Shown here piece by piece: positions 25,408 to 37,950 of a stretch of 64,000 bases of DNA (position 1 is its first letter; each line of letters starts with the position of its first letter). The DNA comes from Eledone cirrhosa (lineage: Eukaryota): the NCBI GenBank assembly GCA_964016885.1, contig OZ024743.1, forward strand, positions 251,410,001-251,474,000, in the 5' to 3' direction. A program made the translations under genes and the position numbers. Below the pieces are notes generated by a model that saw only the letters and a program-made list of their open reading frames with translations, searched no databases and was not told the DNA's origin.

Positions 25408-26001
25408 ATGACTGGGGAACATGCAGGACATGACGTGCAGAATAACAATCGCACCACCCCGCGTGCTGTGGGTTGTAATGGTGCTAACGACAGCTGCGGT
25501 AGCGTAGGTAGCAACGTAGGCAGCAACAATGATAGCCTTACCGTGGGAAACAGACGGAACCGCGACGGAAATAGCAACTGCCGCGACAGAGGACGCTGTC
25601 CCCTTAGAGGATACTGCTTGACTGATAGGGTTATATATAGATGCACTATTACTAGCCACAATAGCGTTAAACATTATATAGGGGCTACCTCCGGCCCGTT
25701 CAAAATTAGGTTTCGAACACATCTCCACTCTTTCACAAATAGAAAACTAAGGCACTCCACTTCGCTCGCGGACTACATCACATCACTAAAGGACTTAAAC
25801 ATCAGATTCTCCACGCACTGGGAGATTGTCGGCAGGGATGCACCGTACAACTTCAAGAGGAAATGCGATCTTTGCCTCATGGAGCTCTACCACATCATAA
25901 CTGCACCCCACGAGCTCATCAACAGCAGAGCTGAAACAGCGATAAGTTGTACACATCGCTTAAAAATATCCTTCTTCAGATGGGTTAAGGATGAGGAGTG
26001 A
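25408..26001 (+). pseudogene. PLE GIY-YIG endonuclease domain with Cys-rich motifs
   Basis: VIYRC...HYIGAT..FKIRF..H, CDLCL.E, LINSR.E, CTH. Separated from the RT by frameshifts, including a 17-bp duplication CCTAACCTAGCAGACAT. Confidence 0.85.
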
Positions 26002-26295
26002 AACTGTACACCGGATCTCCCTGCAACAAGTCTTAACATCCCGGCGGGCAGGCGATGCAAAATAACACCCAGAAAACTATCCTTGCATACCAGACCCAGC
26101 CTCAGACAAACAGATGCCGCAATAAAAACGAAAAAAAAAATTGTCCGGGAAAGACTGCCCTAACACCGGCCAGAGTTACCTCCCTTGACCTGCTGCAAAA
26201 TCAAAACAAGATATTTTTGCGAGCAATGAACCTTGATGTGGATTTAACCCAAAAAACTCTTTCCGAGCAATATAAGGAACACTTGTGATTATTTA

Positions 26296-26335
26296 TACCC
26301 TTGAGAAGCCCAACTGGGCGAAACGTACGTAGGTG
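26296..26335 (+). ncRNA. Variant hammerhead-like motif in the PLE 3' terminus
   Basis: TACC-CTTGAGAA-GCCC-aact-GGGC-GAAAC-GTAC-GTA-GGTG, followed by AATAAA. Core differs from CUGANGA. Confidence 0.55.
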
Positions 26336-26390
26336 CTGTTTTAAATAAATATGTTTTAACGGTCTATTCTCCGATTTTTTACTTTCCCAC

Positions 26391-26465
26391 GTGTATATAT
26401 ATATATGTATATATATATATGTATATATATATATATGTATATATTTATATATGTATATATATATG

Positions 26466-26496
<31 letters not shown>

Positions 26497-26598
26497 GTGT
26501 ATATAATATATGTATATATAATATATATATATATGTATATATGTATATATATATATTTATATTATATGTATATATAATATCTAGATATATATATCTAG

Positions 26599-26629
<31 letters not shown>

Positions 26630-26674
26630 ATCTATGTATTTATAATCTATGTATTTATAATATATGTATATATA

Positions 26675-26707
<33 letters not shown>

Positions 26708-27231
26708 TGTATTTATAATATATGTATATATAATATATATATATGTATATATATATATGTATTTATAATATATGTATATATAATATATATATATGTATAT
26801 ATATATATGTATTTATAATATATGTATATATGTATATATAATATATGTATATATAATATATATATATGTATATATATATATGTATTTATAATATATGTAT
26901 ATATATATATATATGTATATATAATATATGTATATATAATATACAAAAGAACTTTGACAATATATGAACAATCGTCTGGTTGTGGAACCAACCAACCAAC
27001 CGGAAAATTATAAATTCCTAAATTTATAAATTTAATTTATAATAAATTGAAGTGAAAGCAACTGGTGCGTTTGTTTCTTATTGGCAACATGACCCTCCCA
27101 AAGTATAACAATATCGGTTTCAACACACGTTTTCAGATAAAGAATCTTGCTAAACAAATTCAGAAACGAAATATATATATATGTATATATAATATATATA
27201 TATATGTATATATATAATATATATATATATG

Positions 27232-27310
<79 letters not shown>

Positions 27311-27315
27311 GTATG

Positions 27316-27367
<52 letters not shown>

Positions 27368-27472
27368 GTATGTATACATATATATATATATGTATGTATA
27401 CATATATATATGTGTATATATATATATATGTATGTATACATATATATATATGTATGTATGTATATATATATA
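26391..27472. repeat. Compound TA-rich microsatellites with a ~230-bp unique island (26940-27170)
   Basis: Direct reading. Confidence 0.9.
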
Positions 27473-30205
27473 ATCATCATCAGCATGTTCGTTTTTCCAT
27501 GCTCGTATCTCATTGCATAACTTCATCCTCAGTGAGTCTCAGTTGATTTGAGATCAACTCTCACCACCTCCACCCAGGTCATTCTTAGTCTATCATTACT
27601 GTGGCTTCCTACCATGGGATTTCCTGGCACCTTCACCCAGTGATCATCTTCCATGCGCACCACATATTTGTACCAACACAGTCTTCTCTTGCACATTATA
27701 AAGAATCTCTACCCAAGGAAGAAATAATTGTCAAGGTACAAATGTCAAGACTACTACACTAATGTTGGCACTCTGAAAGGTAAATTACATTCCTCTTAAA
27801 CCCAGTTTCTCCCTCGGTTAATCCAGGCTCTGCCTTTTTCTCACATTTACATTCAACAAAGCATATCTCTACAGCCTATGCATATTCTTGCAGTCACTGC
27901 TCATGTTTCACTAACATGCACCATCACACTTTGTACACGGGTGTCAAACAGCCATCCTTTTAGGCGTAGTAGGGAAACCTTTTGTTGTCAACAGTGGGAG
28001 TAGCTCTCTAAACTTCTTATTCTCTATCCTTATTCTAGTTATTATGTTCTCAGAGAACCCTCCACTGTAGCTTCCTTCATGTGATTGGAAAAGGTTTATA
28101 TCAGTGATACTCTCCATTCAATTACTCCTGTGCATCTTTTACATACAAAGTTCTCCCTTCCGGTTATTCCACTACATCTCTTGTAGAGTTGATGCCTACT
28201 CCTTTTCTACATATTGAGCAGGACTACTTCCCTGAATGAATCAGAGTCCTATCTTCCTTTCTACTCTCTAGAATTTAGTTTTAGTTAAGTTTACTCTTAG
28301 CCTTTTTGATTCCAAATTCTGTTTCCATATTGGAATCTATTATTTAGTTCTCTATGAATCCAGCTATAAGGACTAGATTATCCACATAGAGAAGTTCCCA
28401 TGGACCACTAGTCTTAAACTCTTCAGTTATGGCCTGGCCTGGAGAACAATGATGAACAGCAGTGGGCTGAGAACCAAACCCCGATAAACTCCTAGCTGCA
28501 CCTTGAGATTCGCACTGAAATCACTTCCTGCTCTCACTTTACTGTCAGCTCCTCTTTACATAGCTTGCACTGCTCTCACACGCCATTCTTCTACACCTAA
28601 TTTTCTTAAGGACCACCAGACAAGATAATGAGATACTCTGTCAAAGGCTTTTTCTAGATCAACAAAAGCTAGATATAGCAGCTTATATTTAGCTTAGAAC
28701 TTCTTTGTTGAACTTTTCCCAGGCATAAAACTAAACTGCATCTCATCTAATTTGACTCTTTCCCTAATTAGCTATGCTAGAATACTTTCAATAACTTTCA
28801 TAACTTAATCCTTCAGTTTTATTCCTCTGTAGTTGCTCCTTTCTAGAGTAGCCCCTTTACCCATGTAGCAATTTATGATTGTACTGTTAATTCCAATAGC
28901 TGGTCCCTGTTAGCTAAGTTGGAGGTAGTCTCTCTTCCTGCCATTCATTATCTGCATTCATCAGCCTCTCATAATAACATTTCCAGGCCTATTTATTTTG
29001 AGCATCAGTTGTTTTAAGAGAACAAATGACATTTCTAATACACTTTTCCCCAACAATATTTCAATTCACACTGAGACACTGTTTTGCAATCTGGAACACT
29101 TCATGTCCCTGGTTCTCATATTGTGAGCCTCTTTCCAAGCTATATGTACCTGATGTCTATCTTCTCTCTCAGCTAACCCCATTTTTCCAATCTTTGCACA
29201 TTTGTCTCTTGGCTTAAATGGCTCTATCCACTGTGCTGTCTGACTGGCACTTTGCTCCAGCCACAACTTTCATCAGTAGTTTGCAATAGGTTGTCATGTA
29301 AGAACTTCCAATTGTCTTCTATATCATATATATCTACCTTGTCTTCCCTCTCATTAAAGCATCATGCAGGGCCTTTCTAAACCTATACTTAACAGAAAGG
29401 TCTTTTAGTTTCCAAACCTTCCATCTCCATATTTTCTTGCATATCTTGTTCTATCTTGTGTTTATCCTCATGTCATTAATAACCAACTTGTGTTGGGCAG
29501 CACATTCCTCCCTCGGGAAGGCCTTGGCTTTCATTACTCTCCATCTTCTCTTACAAGTAAGAAATCAATATGGTTTGTGTGTTCACTTGATTAATATATA
29601 ATATATGTGTTGCAAACAGTGAATTCATTTGCATTAGAGAATTCAAGAAGCCTCACTCTCTCTTTATTTCTTGAGTCATAACCATAGCTGTTGTAAACGC
29701 CGTCCTGTTACTTTCCAATATGTCCATTGAATTTGCCTGCCAAGATGATGATTTCTCTTTCATCAGTAGCTGAGGTTTTCGGTAAAAGTTCCTCATATAA
29801 CCTGTTTTTTCATTCTCTACACAGTCCTGCCTGTGGTGCTTAGGAAGATGTAATTGTCACCATTCTATTTGCTACAGCTATTGTAAGCTTTATAATTCTG
29901 TCACTTACTCTAACTACCTCGATCACCTTATCTATTAATTTCTCAGCTAGTAGAATGCTTACACGACCTATCATGTCATCGTTTCTTATCCAGTAACATT
30001 TGTATGTATGTTGTTTGCCTGTGAGTAGTCAACTGAGGCACACCTCCATCTCACTGCTTGTACACAGAATACATCCACTATTTCCTTTCTAACAGCTCCA
30101 CAATTTCACCTAATTGACCTTTCAGGATGCCACCATTGAGGGTGGGTGGCAGTCATGATATTTGTACTTTGACAGTTGTTACTTCCTTGAGTAAAGGTTC
30201 TTTGT
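27473..30205 (-). mobile_element. Old, near full-length RTE LINE (APE + RT), heavily decayed
   Basis: Minus-strand remnants of APQAG, AGKFNGHIG, DLEKAFDRV, GLVLSPLLFIIVL, WELLYVD and KFRELLPLL. (GAT)n tail at 27473. Confidence 0.8.
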
Positions 30206-30944
30206 ACCTGGAAGGGGAAAAGGTTGTGTCATTGTTTGATGACAGTTGAGAGGTTCTTGCACATTGCTACACTAGTCACTCCAATACAGTGATAATCTTG
30301 TATATGCAATTAGTAAGAGTCTTATTAGTTGTGCTTTCCATAATTTTGGAAGGGAGTTTTTCTGGCTGGATGCCTTTCCTATCACCAACAACACTACAGC
30401 ATGAACTGGGTGCATTATTCATGCCACCAACACTAGAGAGGTTATCTTATTGGGCTCAAGAGTTCTTACTGCCCTGCATCAGTTCTTATTTAGAGCATCT
30501 ACTCTCTTAGAAGGATTGTTTCACTCCGATTTACTGAGTCCACATCTTCCACGTGCAGTCATTTCTAATAGGAGTCACTGGTCTCCAAGAATAGTTGACT
30601 TCGCTATGGCTTGCAGAGTCCACATCTGCTCTCCTACATAGGTTGCCTTCATATGGCTTGTGAAGTCCATGTCTGCCTGGTGTGATCATCTTTAACTTGA
30701 GCTAAGGTTCTCTTAGATGAGCTGTCTTCATTATGTGGTTAGAGCATTGGGCTTGCAGTGTGGAGAGGGGAGACTAATATGCATGGGCAACTGCTGGTCT
30801 TCCACAAATAAACCTTGCCCAGGCTTGTGCTTCGGAGAGAAACTTTCTAGGTGCAAAACCATGGACATTAGTGACTGGTGGGGGCTATATATATGTGCGT
30901 GTGTGTATGCATATGTATACACACACACACACACATATATTTGC

Positions 30945-31320
30945 CTCCATCATGGAATCATGGATCAACTAAGCACCCTTACTATATTAACACATTTTGA
31001 TCTGCTTAACTTCAAGAACTATGCCTGTAAATAACATTATTTTTTTCTTTCACATTGACTTTTTATGCTCTACATTTTCTCTTTTTTCTTTTTTCTTTTT
31101 TCTTTTTTCTTTTCACTTCATAAACCTGATTTGTAAATAACATTATTCTTTCTGCACCATTTCTTTAACATGTGCGACACCACCATTCTACACTAATACA
31201 TATCACTATCATTTGATAATGCATATAAATGCTGAAACCGGTAATAGACAATTATTAAATATATAAATAGATAAATAAATGCCATTGTTAATTAATAAAT
31301 AAATCAACTAATACCTTAAC
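30945..31320 (+). mobile_element. PLE 3'-end relic with degenerate hammerhead
   Basis: ESWIN-like end of a GIY-YIG ORF, T-rich UTR, and CTAT-catttgataa-t-GCAT-ataa-ATGC-t-GAAAC-CG-GTA-ATAG at 31206-31247. Confidence 0.45.
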
Positions 31321-31466
31321 ACTTCACACAAAGTAAAACATTTCGTTTTAATAATTTTCTAACCCAGAAAAAAGAGAGAGAGAAATAAAAAAGGAAAAAA
31401 ATATATTTTTCTTCCTAATAATCGTCTCTTTCTCCCTGTTTTCATATATATATATATATATATATA

Positions 31467-31818
31467 TAAAATAAAGTTAAATAAAAAATCAAATGTTTAA
31501 AATTTAGCTTCGTTTATTGCTGCTATATATATTTCAGTGACAGCCATCTGTATTGACAATATTATACACCTCAACAACATATGTACTTGTCTATACCACA
31601 CTAATTCGGACTGCCTGAAGAGGTCACAGCCAAAGATGGCTGTCACTGAAATATATATAGCAGCAATAAACGAAGCTAAATTTTAAACATTTGACTTTTT
31701 ATTTAACTTTATTTTACATTACTCCGGAGTAACCAAACCAACCTGCGCACTTCGTCGAGTGCTCCAGCCTGCATACTGAGGTGTTGGTATACAACCAACA
31801 TATACTCAAAATCTATTT
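31467..31818 (+). mobile_element. PLE pLTR cassette with an 83-bp inverted partial copy, inside (TA)n
   Basis: Arms 31467-31549 / 31634-31716 with 1 mismatch. Canonical hammerhead at 31611-31663. Confidence 0.78.
31611..31663 (+). ncRNA. Type-I hammerhead ribozyme
   Basis: CTGC-CTGAAGA-GGTCACAGCCA-aaga-TGGCTGTCACT-GAAA-TATAT-ATA-GCAG, followed by AATAAA. Confidence 0.78.
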
Positions 31819-32223
31819 ATATATATATATATATAGGGAAGACACACAATCACACATTAATTGCAAAACATAGAAATTCAATTAGGTTCATCAATCTAAA
31901 AATCATAGACAATAATTCATTTAAATTGACGTACATTCATACATTCAGATGTGTGTAGCATAAAAAGCATTACAATAAAGATTCATGCAAATATATAAAC
32001 ATATATATGTACATGCACAGATAAACAGATGTGCAGACATAACCCATATATACACACATTTTTGTTTGTTTCATATTGTGCTATAAGATTATAAAAGTGC
32101 TAGAAATGTGTTAATATATGCAGAGATGAAAATAGTGGGCAAATATTATACGTGTCTATGTATGTATAGGTATATATATATATATATATACACATACATA
32201 TATCAATATATCTGTCTATCTCA

Positions 32224-32256
<33 letters not shown>

Positions 32257-32280
32257 CATATATCAATATATATATATATA

Positions 32281-32347
<67 letters not shown>

Positions 32348-33299
32348 CAATCTATATATCTACCTAACGATATATATATATATATATATATATACGTATA
32401 TCAATATATATATATATTCACGCACACACGTGAATAGTCACACACAGATATTCACTTAAAAGTTATGTTTATACAACAAAAACAGCCATTAAACACACAC
32501 ACAAAGGCACATACATATACATTAGTATGTATGTATGTATATATATATATACACACACACACAATTATATACATATACGCAATCCTTCAAACACAAAAAC
32601 ACATCAACAGAAGAGAAATAATTTTTACATATACTTTTTGCCTTTAAAACTCTTTTAATACAAGTGATATTTTCGGTTAATTTCCTGGAAGTAATGTCCA
32701 TATTGGCGGCATCCGTTGCGTAGTCGGCATATTTTCTGTTGAAGACGTAGTTATTTTCATTGCCACAAACTGTTAAGCTGTCATAGATATTTCCACCTCA
32801 TTTCACTCACATCTGTCAGTTTTACAATTTGCTATTAATAAATATATAGTAATAATAATCATATATGTATATATTTCGTAAATACCTACTTTATTGTGCA
32901 TAATTTACTGTATGTTGTTTTGGGTATTTTTCTAATTCTTTTTATTTTCAAATTTTTGTTTTTCTATTATTCTACATTCTTTCTTCCTGATGTTTTCTCC
33001 CTCCAAACACTTACCTCTTCTCTGCAACCCTGCTCCTATTCATTCTTGTCCTCGGCGCCACTGTCTTTGTCGCTGTTTGTTAATGTATGCTGGTGTCTCT
33101 TGGTTGTATCGTTAAATTCTGCATCATCATCAGTAAATGTTTTTGTCATAACATTCTCATATATATATATACACACACAAATATTGCATTAAAGATACTT
33201 AAAGGGGGTTGCTTTTAAAAAACTACAGCAACAACAATACATGTAATAATAACAATGACAAGAAGAACATTCATGAACAATTGCATGAATGACTTTAAT

Positions 33300-33961
33300 A
33301 ATAATTGTTTCTACTTTTGGCACAAGGCCAGTAATTCAAATTGAAGGAGAAAGTCGATTAAATTGACCTCAGTACTATACTGGTACCTTATTTTATAAAC
33401 CCCATAAGAATGAAAGGCAAAGATAATTTTGGCAAGATTTGAACTCAGAATATAAAAGGCTATAACCATATGCTACAAAGCATTTTGTCTGATGCTCTAC
33501 TGATACTATAGAATGACTATGATAATGATTTCAACATTAGGCACAAGGCCAGTAATTTTGGGGAGAAGGGGAAGTCAATTAAATTGATCTCAGTGCATTA
33601 CTGGTACTTCATTTTATCGACTATGTAAGGTTAAAAGGCAAAGTTGACCTCAGCATAATTCTAACACTGAATGTAAAGAGCCGGAAGTAATATCACAAAG
33701 AACTTCATCTGACAATCTAATAATTTTGCCAAACCATGTGTGAAATAATACTATTGATATTAATAATAATAATAATAATTGTTTCTACTTTAGGCACAAG
33801 GCCAGCAATTACCCAGTACATTACTGGTACTTTATTTTATCGACCCCGTAAGGATGAAAGGCAAAGTTACCCTCGGCCGGATTTGAACTCAGATCGTAAA
33901 GGGACGTAACTATGCTGGAAAGCATGTCCGACCCTCTACTGATACTGCCAATTCACCGCCC

Positions 33962-33965
<4 letters not shown>
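33300..33965 (-). mobile_element. Head-to-tail array of three SINE family 1 copies
   Basis: Units at ~33300-33510, 33525-33735 and 33777-33965, separated by TAA-rich spacers. Confidence 0.85.
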
Positions 33966-34000
<35 letters not shown>

Positions 34001-34020
34001 TTGTTATTATTATTATTATT

Positions 34021-34990
34021 TCTTTTGTGTAGGCAGAAAATGCACCAGAATATTTAGCCATCCATCAAGTCACGACAAGGAACTCAGACAGATAATACTT
34101 TCCTTAAAATATGTGCAGTGCCTGGCAAGGCTGAGTTTTGTATGTCACCAATTTTACATGGTATTTCAAACTGCTTCAAGAAATCTTGGTGGTTCAATGG
34201 GATTGACCCTAATGCCCCGATCACAATTGATATCACTTTCACATTACCATCTAACGTTCCAAACAGTCTTTCCATCTCCATTTTCAATTTGGAGTACTTA
34301 ATCTTTTTAAAACCTCTTTACTCACAGTATTCATGTCATTTGGTATCGTTACATCGAAAACCTGACAATATTTGTCTTTCTTGTTCAATACAACAATGTC
34401 CGATCGACATTGATCAATTACTCTTTCAGTCTGAAAATCATAATCCGAGAGTATCGTTGCTTTTCAATTGTCTTGCATTGCATTACAAGGCACATGCTCA
34501 TACTAATTCTCTATTACTTCATATTGGTATTTATGACACAGAAGCCAATGAAGGAATGGATAGATATTATGGCAGCACTTGTATTCTTTTTGTGCAAGGC
34601 TCTCACTTCCACTTACCAAATGAGTTACATTTTCCACATTCTTTCCACAAAGTCTGCATTTCTTGGTCTCAAGTTTTGTAGATGTTATACAGCACCAAAT
34701 TGGTAGCAAGAGCTTAGTCTTATGCTGTTATTATATGTCTTTCTGTGAAACACTTGAAATTAGCTTGCTTAAGCCATGTCAATGATGTTGTTTTGTCCTT
34801 GATATCCTGTGTATTTCTTTCAAAATGCCTGTGCATTCTCACTTTAAGATCTTTTCTCTTTTCAACTCTTTGGTTAAACTCATTTATACCCATATCATCT
34901 GCTGCATATTACAACAACTCTTTGTTACTTTTACCAAATATTCTGCAAGTATTCTCATCCAAAGATATCATCGCTCTTACTCTCCAATAA
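34021..34990 (-). mobile_element. R4/Dong-like non-LTR retrotransposon relic (restriction-like endonuclease end)
   Basis: KCRLCGKNVENVTHLVSG zinc knuckle and VISIVIGALGSIP...GTAHILRKVL C-terminus. 3' end runs into (TAA)n. Confidence 0.75.
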
Positions 34991-34999
34991 CCCTCTATA

Positions 35000-35480
35000 G
35001 AACGCTAAGGTGGAGTTTCCACTGAATGTACTGCTCTATGGCTGAGGGCTGTGAGCACTAGAAAACATTCCACTTGGGTTCATTGTGAAGATCCCCCTAC
35101 TACCTTCTTCCTTTAGAGGAGAAGGATAGGCAGTGTTTAACTGTCTGGTGGCCATGGACAAAAGAGGTTGTGTAGTAGGTGGGTTTGAAAGGGTTGAAGA
35201 CAGCCACTTTCCTCTTCGGTGAAACCTTCATTAACTTTTTCAGGTTTCATTTGAAGAGGAAAATCAGGGTGGAGAGGTAAGTGTTGCCTTCCAACCAATT
35301 TGTTGAAAGTATGATCCATGTGAATGGGCCTGCCTTGAGTATATGACTGTAGATTAGAGGAGAACAAATGGGAGAGAGCATTTTGCCCTAGCAAACAGTG
35401 TGGCTGTGGTTTTTGTGGGATTTCTCCTCACCTTTGGGGAATTTGTGCTTATTTTTAAATGTTTATTTTCTTAGTCTCTG
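35000..35480 (+). mobile_element. Tx1/L1-clade LINE 3' relic (second copy)
   Basis: GAGGTTGTG...GGGTTGAAGACA...CCTCTTCGGTGAAACCTT.ATTAACTTTTTCA, homologous to 6660-6745. Confidence 0.55.
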
Positions 35481-36769
35481 TTTTTCGTAGGGTAGTATGT
35501 TAACTAGAAAACGAATAATTTGAAATGGTTTTTAAAGGTCAAATTCATTGAAATCACACACACACACACAAAACAAAACAAAAAACAAACAAAAAAAAAC
35601 TAGGAAAAAGTACAATTTGCTGAGGGTTGATTTTCTCAAATTTACTGAATATATTAATGGTAGGGTTAAAGGTGGAGGTACATCAGTATTATTGTATAAA
35701 AATCTTTAACAGAAAAGGTACAATTTTATTTTCTCTGTTAACATGTTAGGGGGTAAATATCCCAGCTGGAGGTTTAAATTTCAGCTGCTGAAAAATATTC
35801 TTGTAAATATCTGAATTAGACATTTCAGTATGACATGAGGAAATCTTAGTTAAATGTTAGATACAATATTTTCTGACATTTTGAATAAATGGTATTTTAG
35901 GCTTGGGCTCTATTGCTGTTGTTATTGTTGTTGTTATCTTCATCATCGTTGTTGTTGTAGTTGTTTCCATTGTCATCGTTGTCATTGAAGATTTTGCTAT
36001 TCTTATTGCTGTCTTCATTATTGCCATTATTGGTTTTGCACTGGGTAATTGCTGGCCTTGTGCCTAAAGTAGAAACAATTATTGGTTTTGTCATCATTGT
36101 TGTCGTTGGTATTGTCATTGATGTTGTTGTCATCATCGTTGCCTTTATTATCATGGGTGGTCGGTGCATTTTAATTTGTCACCAGCTTTACAGGGTGAAC
36201 TGGGTGTTTTTTGTTATGTCACCAACATGACCACCTTACAGGATAGGTAGGGTGATCTTTTATAATATCACCTGCATGACCACCTTGCAGGGTGTATTGG
36301 AAAGTTTTAACCATTTCAGCAGAATTGTGGAGGAGCATGTCCAGCTTTCCATGCTTGTAAGCATGTATTGGAGAAAGAGGTGTCTCAGATGTTGAAGGGA
36401 ATGGGTTGGGGGATAGTGTGGTGATGTATGCAGGATGGGGATTGGAGAGGTCAGTCTGAAGTGAAGACAAAGAGCTTTTTATCAGAGCAGCAGCATTATG
36501 TGAGGGACAGTAAATTTGGAGCGTGTCTTACTTTCAACGCTTGTATGTAGGGGTTGAGCATGATCAGAGAGGTACCATAGGAGTGTGTAATGTGGGGAGA
36601 GGAGGAGTATATAAGTTGGATATGGATGAGGTGAGTGGGGTATTTAGTTGGTGAGGGTGAGGATATTAAGACTAAGGAATGTGATTGGAGGAGGAGGAAG
36701 GAAATGCTAGTTGCAGGCTAGTGTCCTCTACATGTTTTATCCTGTGCACATGGGAAGGCAGCCTGTGCA

Positions 36770-37950
36770 TATGGGAAGGCAGGTCTTCTGAAGTACAGCA
36801 TAATGCCAGAGAACCTGATCCTGTGGCAGCTCTCTTTGAGAGAATTAATAGTGCAATGTCAGCTTTTATCACTTCATCCCAAGCTTTTCTAGGTCATCCT
36901 CTACCATAGCTTCCATCAACTTTGAGAGCCCTGCACCTTTTTATACATCTATTATCCCCCATACATATTACACATCCACACCACTGCAGTCTCCTCTCCT
37001 GCACACTGCATCTGAACCCTCTTATGTGCAGTTTCTCCCTTAGTTCATTTACGCTTCATCCTTCATGCACACTACTATTACATCTCCATAAAAGCAAGCA
37101 AGCTTCATTTCTGTCCAATCTTCATAGGTCCTCTGCACACAGATCTCATTTCCATGCAGCCTGGCTGTTCTTACACAAACATCATACAATCTGCTTTTCA
37201 TTTTAAGGAGAAAATACCCTTTGTAGTTAGCTGTGGTAGCAGCACCCTGAACTTTTCCCATCCTGTTCTTACTCGGGATACTGTACTTTTAGAACAACCA
37301 CCTTCACTGCTAATTTAGTCATCCAAGCAACAGAAGCTATCAGTTACTTCTATGGAGCTCTCTGTGCATTTGATACAGCTTGTTTCCTGTAACCTTATGC
37401 TGCTTACTTCTCCTGTGCATCTGTTACATATAAAACCTATGTTCTTTGCTAGCCTGCTTGAGATCCTGCTACACCTCATGTGTACCCATAAGTTGCATTT
37501 GGGACATAGGATGGAATTTCTGACAATGCCTTTCCTGCTCACAGAGAAAGGTAATTTCCCTGAATCAAGGCCATGTTTTCCTTTCTACTTATTAGGAATT
37601 TAGTCTTTGCCAAGTTGACTTTAAGGTCTTTTGATTCTAAGCTATGCTTCCAGGTCAGGAACTTCTCTAATTCTACCATGGATTCAGCTATGAGGGTTAG
37701 ATCATCATACAGGAATTTTGAACTCTTTTGTTATGGCTTGCACAATGATAATAAACAGGTGGGGAGTAAAAACCAACCCTTGATGGACCTCCAGTTGCAC
37801 CCTACATTCCTCACTATAATCATTGTTAATTCTCAACTTTCTAACTGCTCTTACAAGCCACTCTTTTAAGAGCCCACCAGATTATTGATCAGGGGATTCT
37901 GTAAAAAGCTTTCTCCAGGTCAACAGACCCTACATAGATGGACTTACTTT
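36770..37950 (-). mobile_element. Decayed RTE LINE fragment
   Basis: RNSILCPKCNLWVHMRCS...FICNRC finger, KMKSRLYDVC, DLEKAF remnant. Confidence 0.8.

Larger units (their letters stand above)
23935..26390 (+). mobile_element. Penelope-like retroelement, Naiad-type, 5'-truncated
   Basis: RT motifs DVTMGS, GVYRDDAL, VNFLDVTL, YKPYHKP, SNHP. Linker RNVLWFHP..YS and FPPNHRYRKILNRNNIKIS. Endonuclease region NCR...CPLRGYCL..VIY...YIG...CDLCL.E. Hammerhead-like 3' terminus. Flanked by TA tracts. Confidence 0.88.

Noticed and set aside
25570-26001. Selenoprotein-type Naiad (in-frame UGA at Cys positions)
   Set aside because: The Cys positions visible here use TGC/TGT and the only TGA is terminal; no evidence for Sec recoding in this copy.
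26940-27170. Minus-strand hammerhead-like CTGAAAA...GAAACCGATA island between TA tracts
   Set aside because: Core and stems too degenerate to support; possibly another PLE terminus but unproven.
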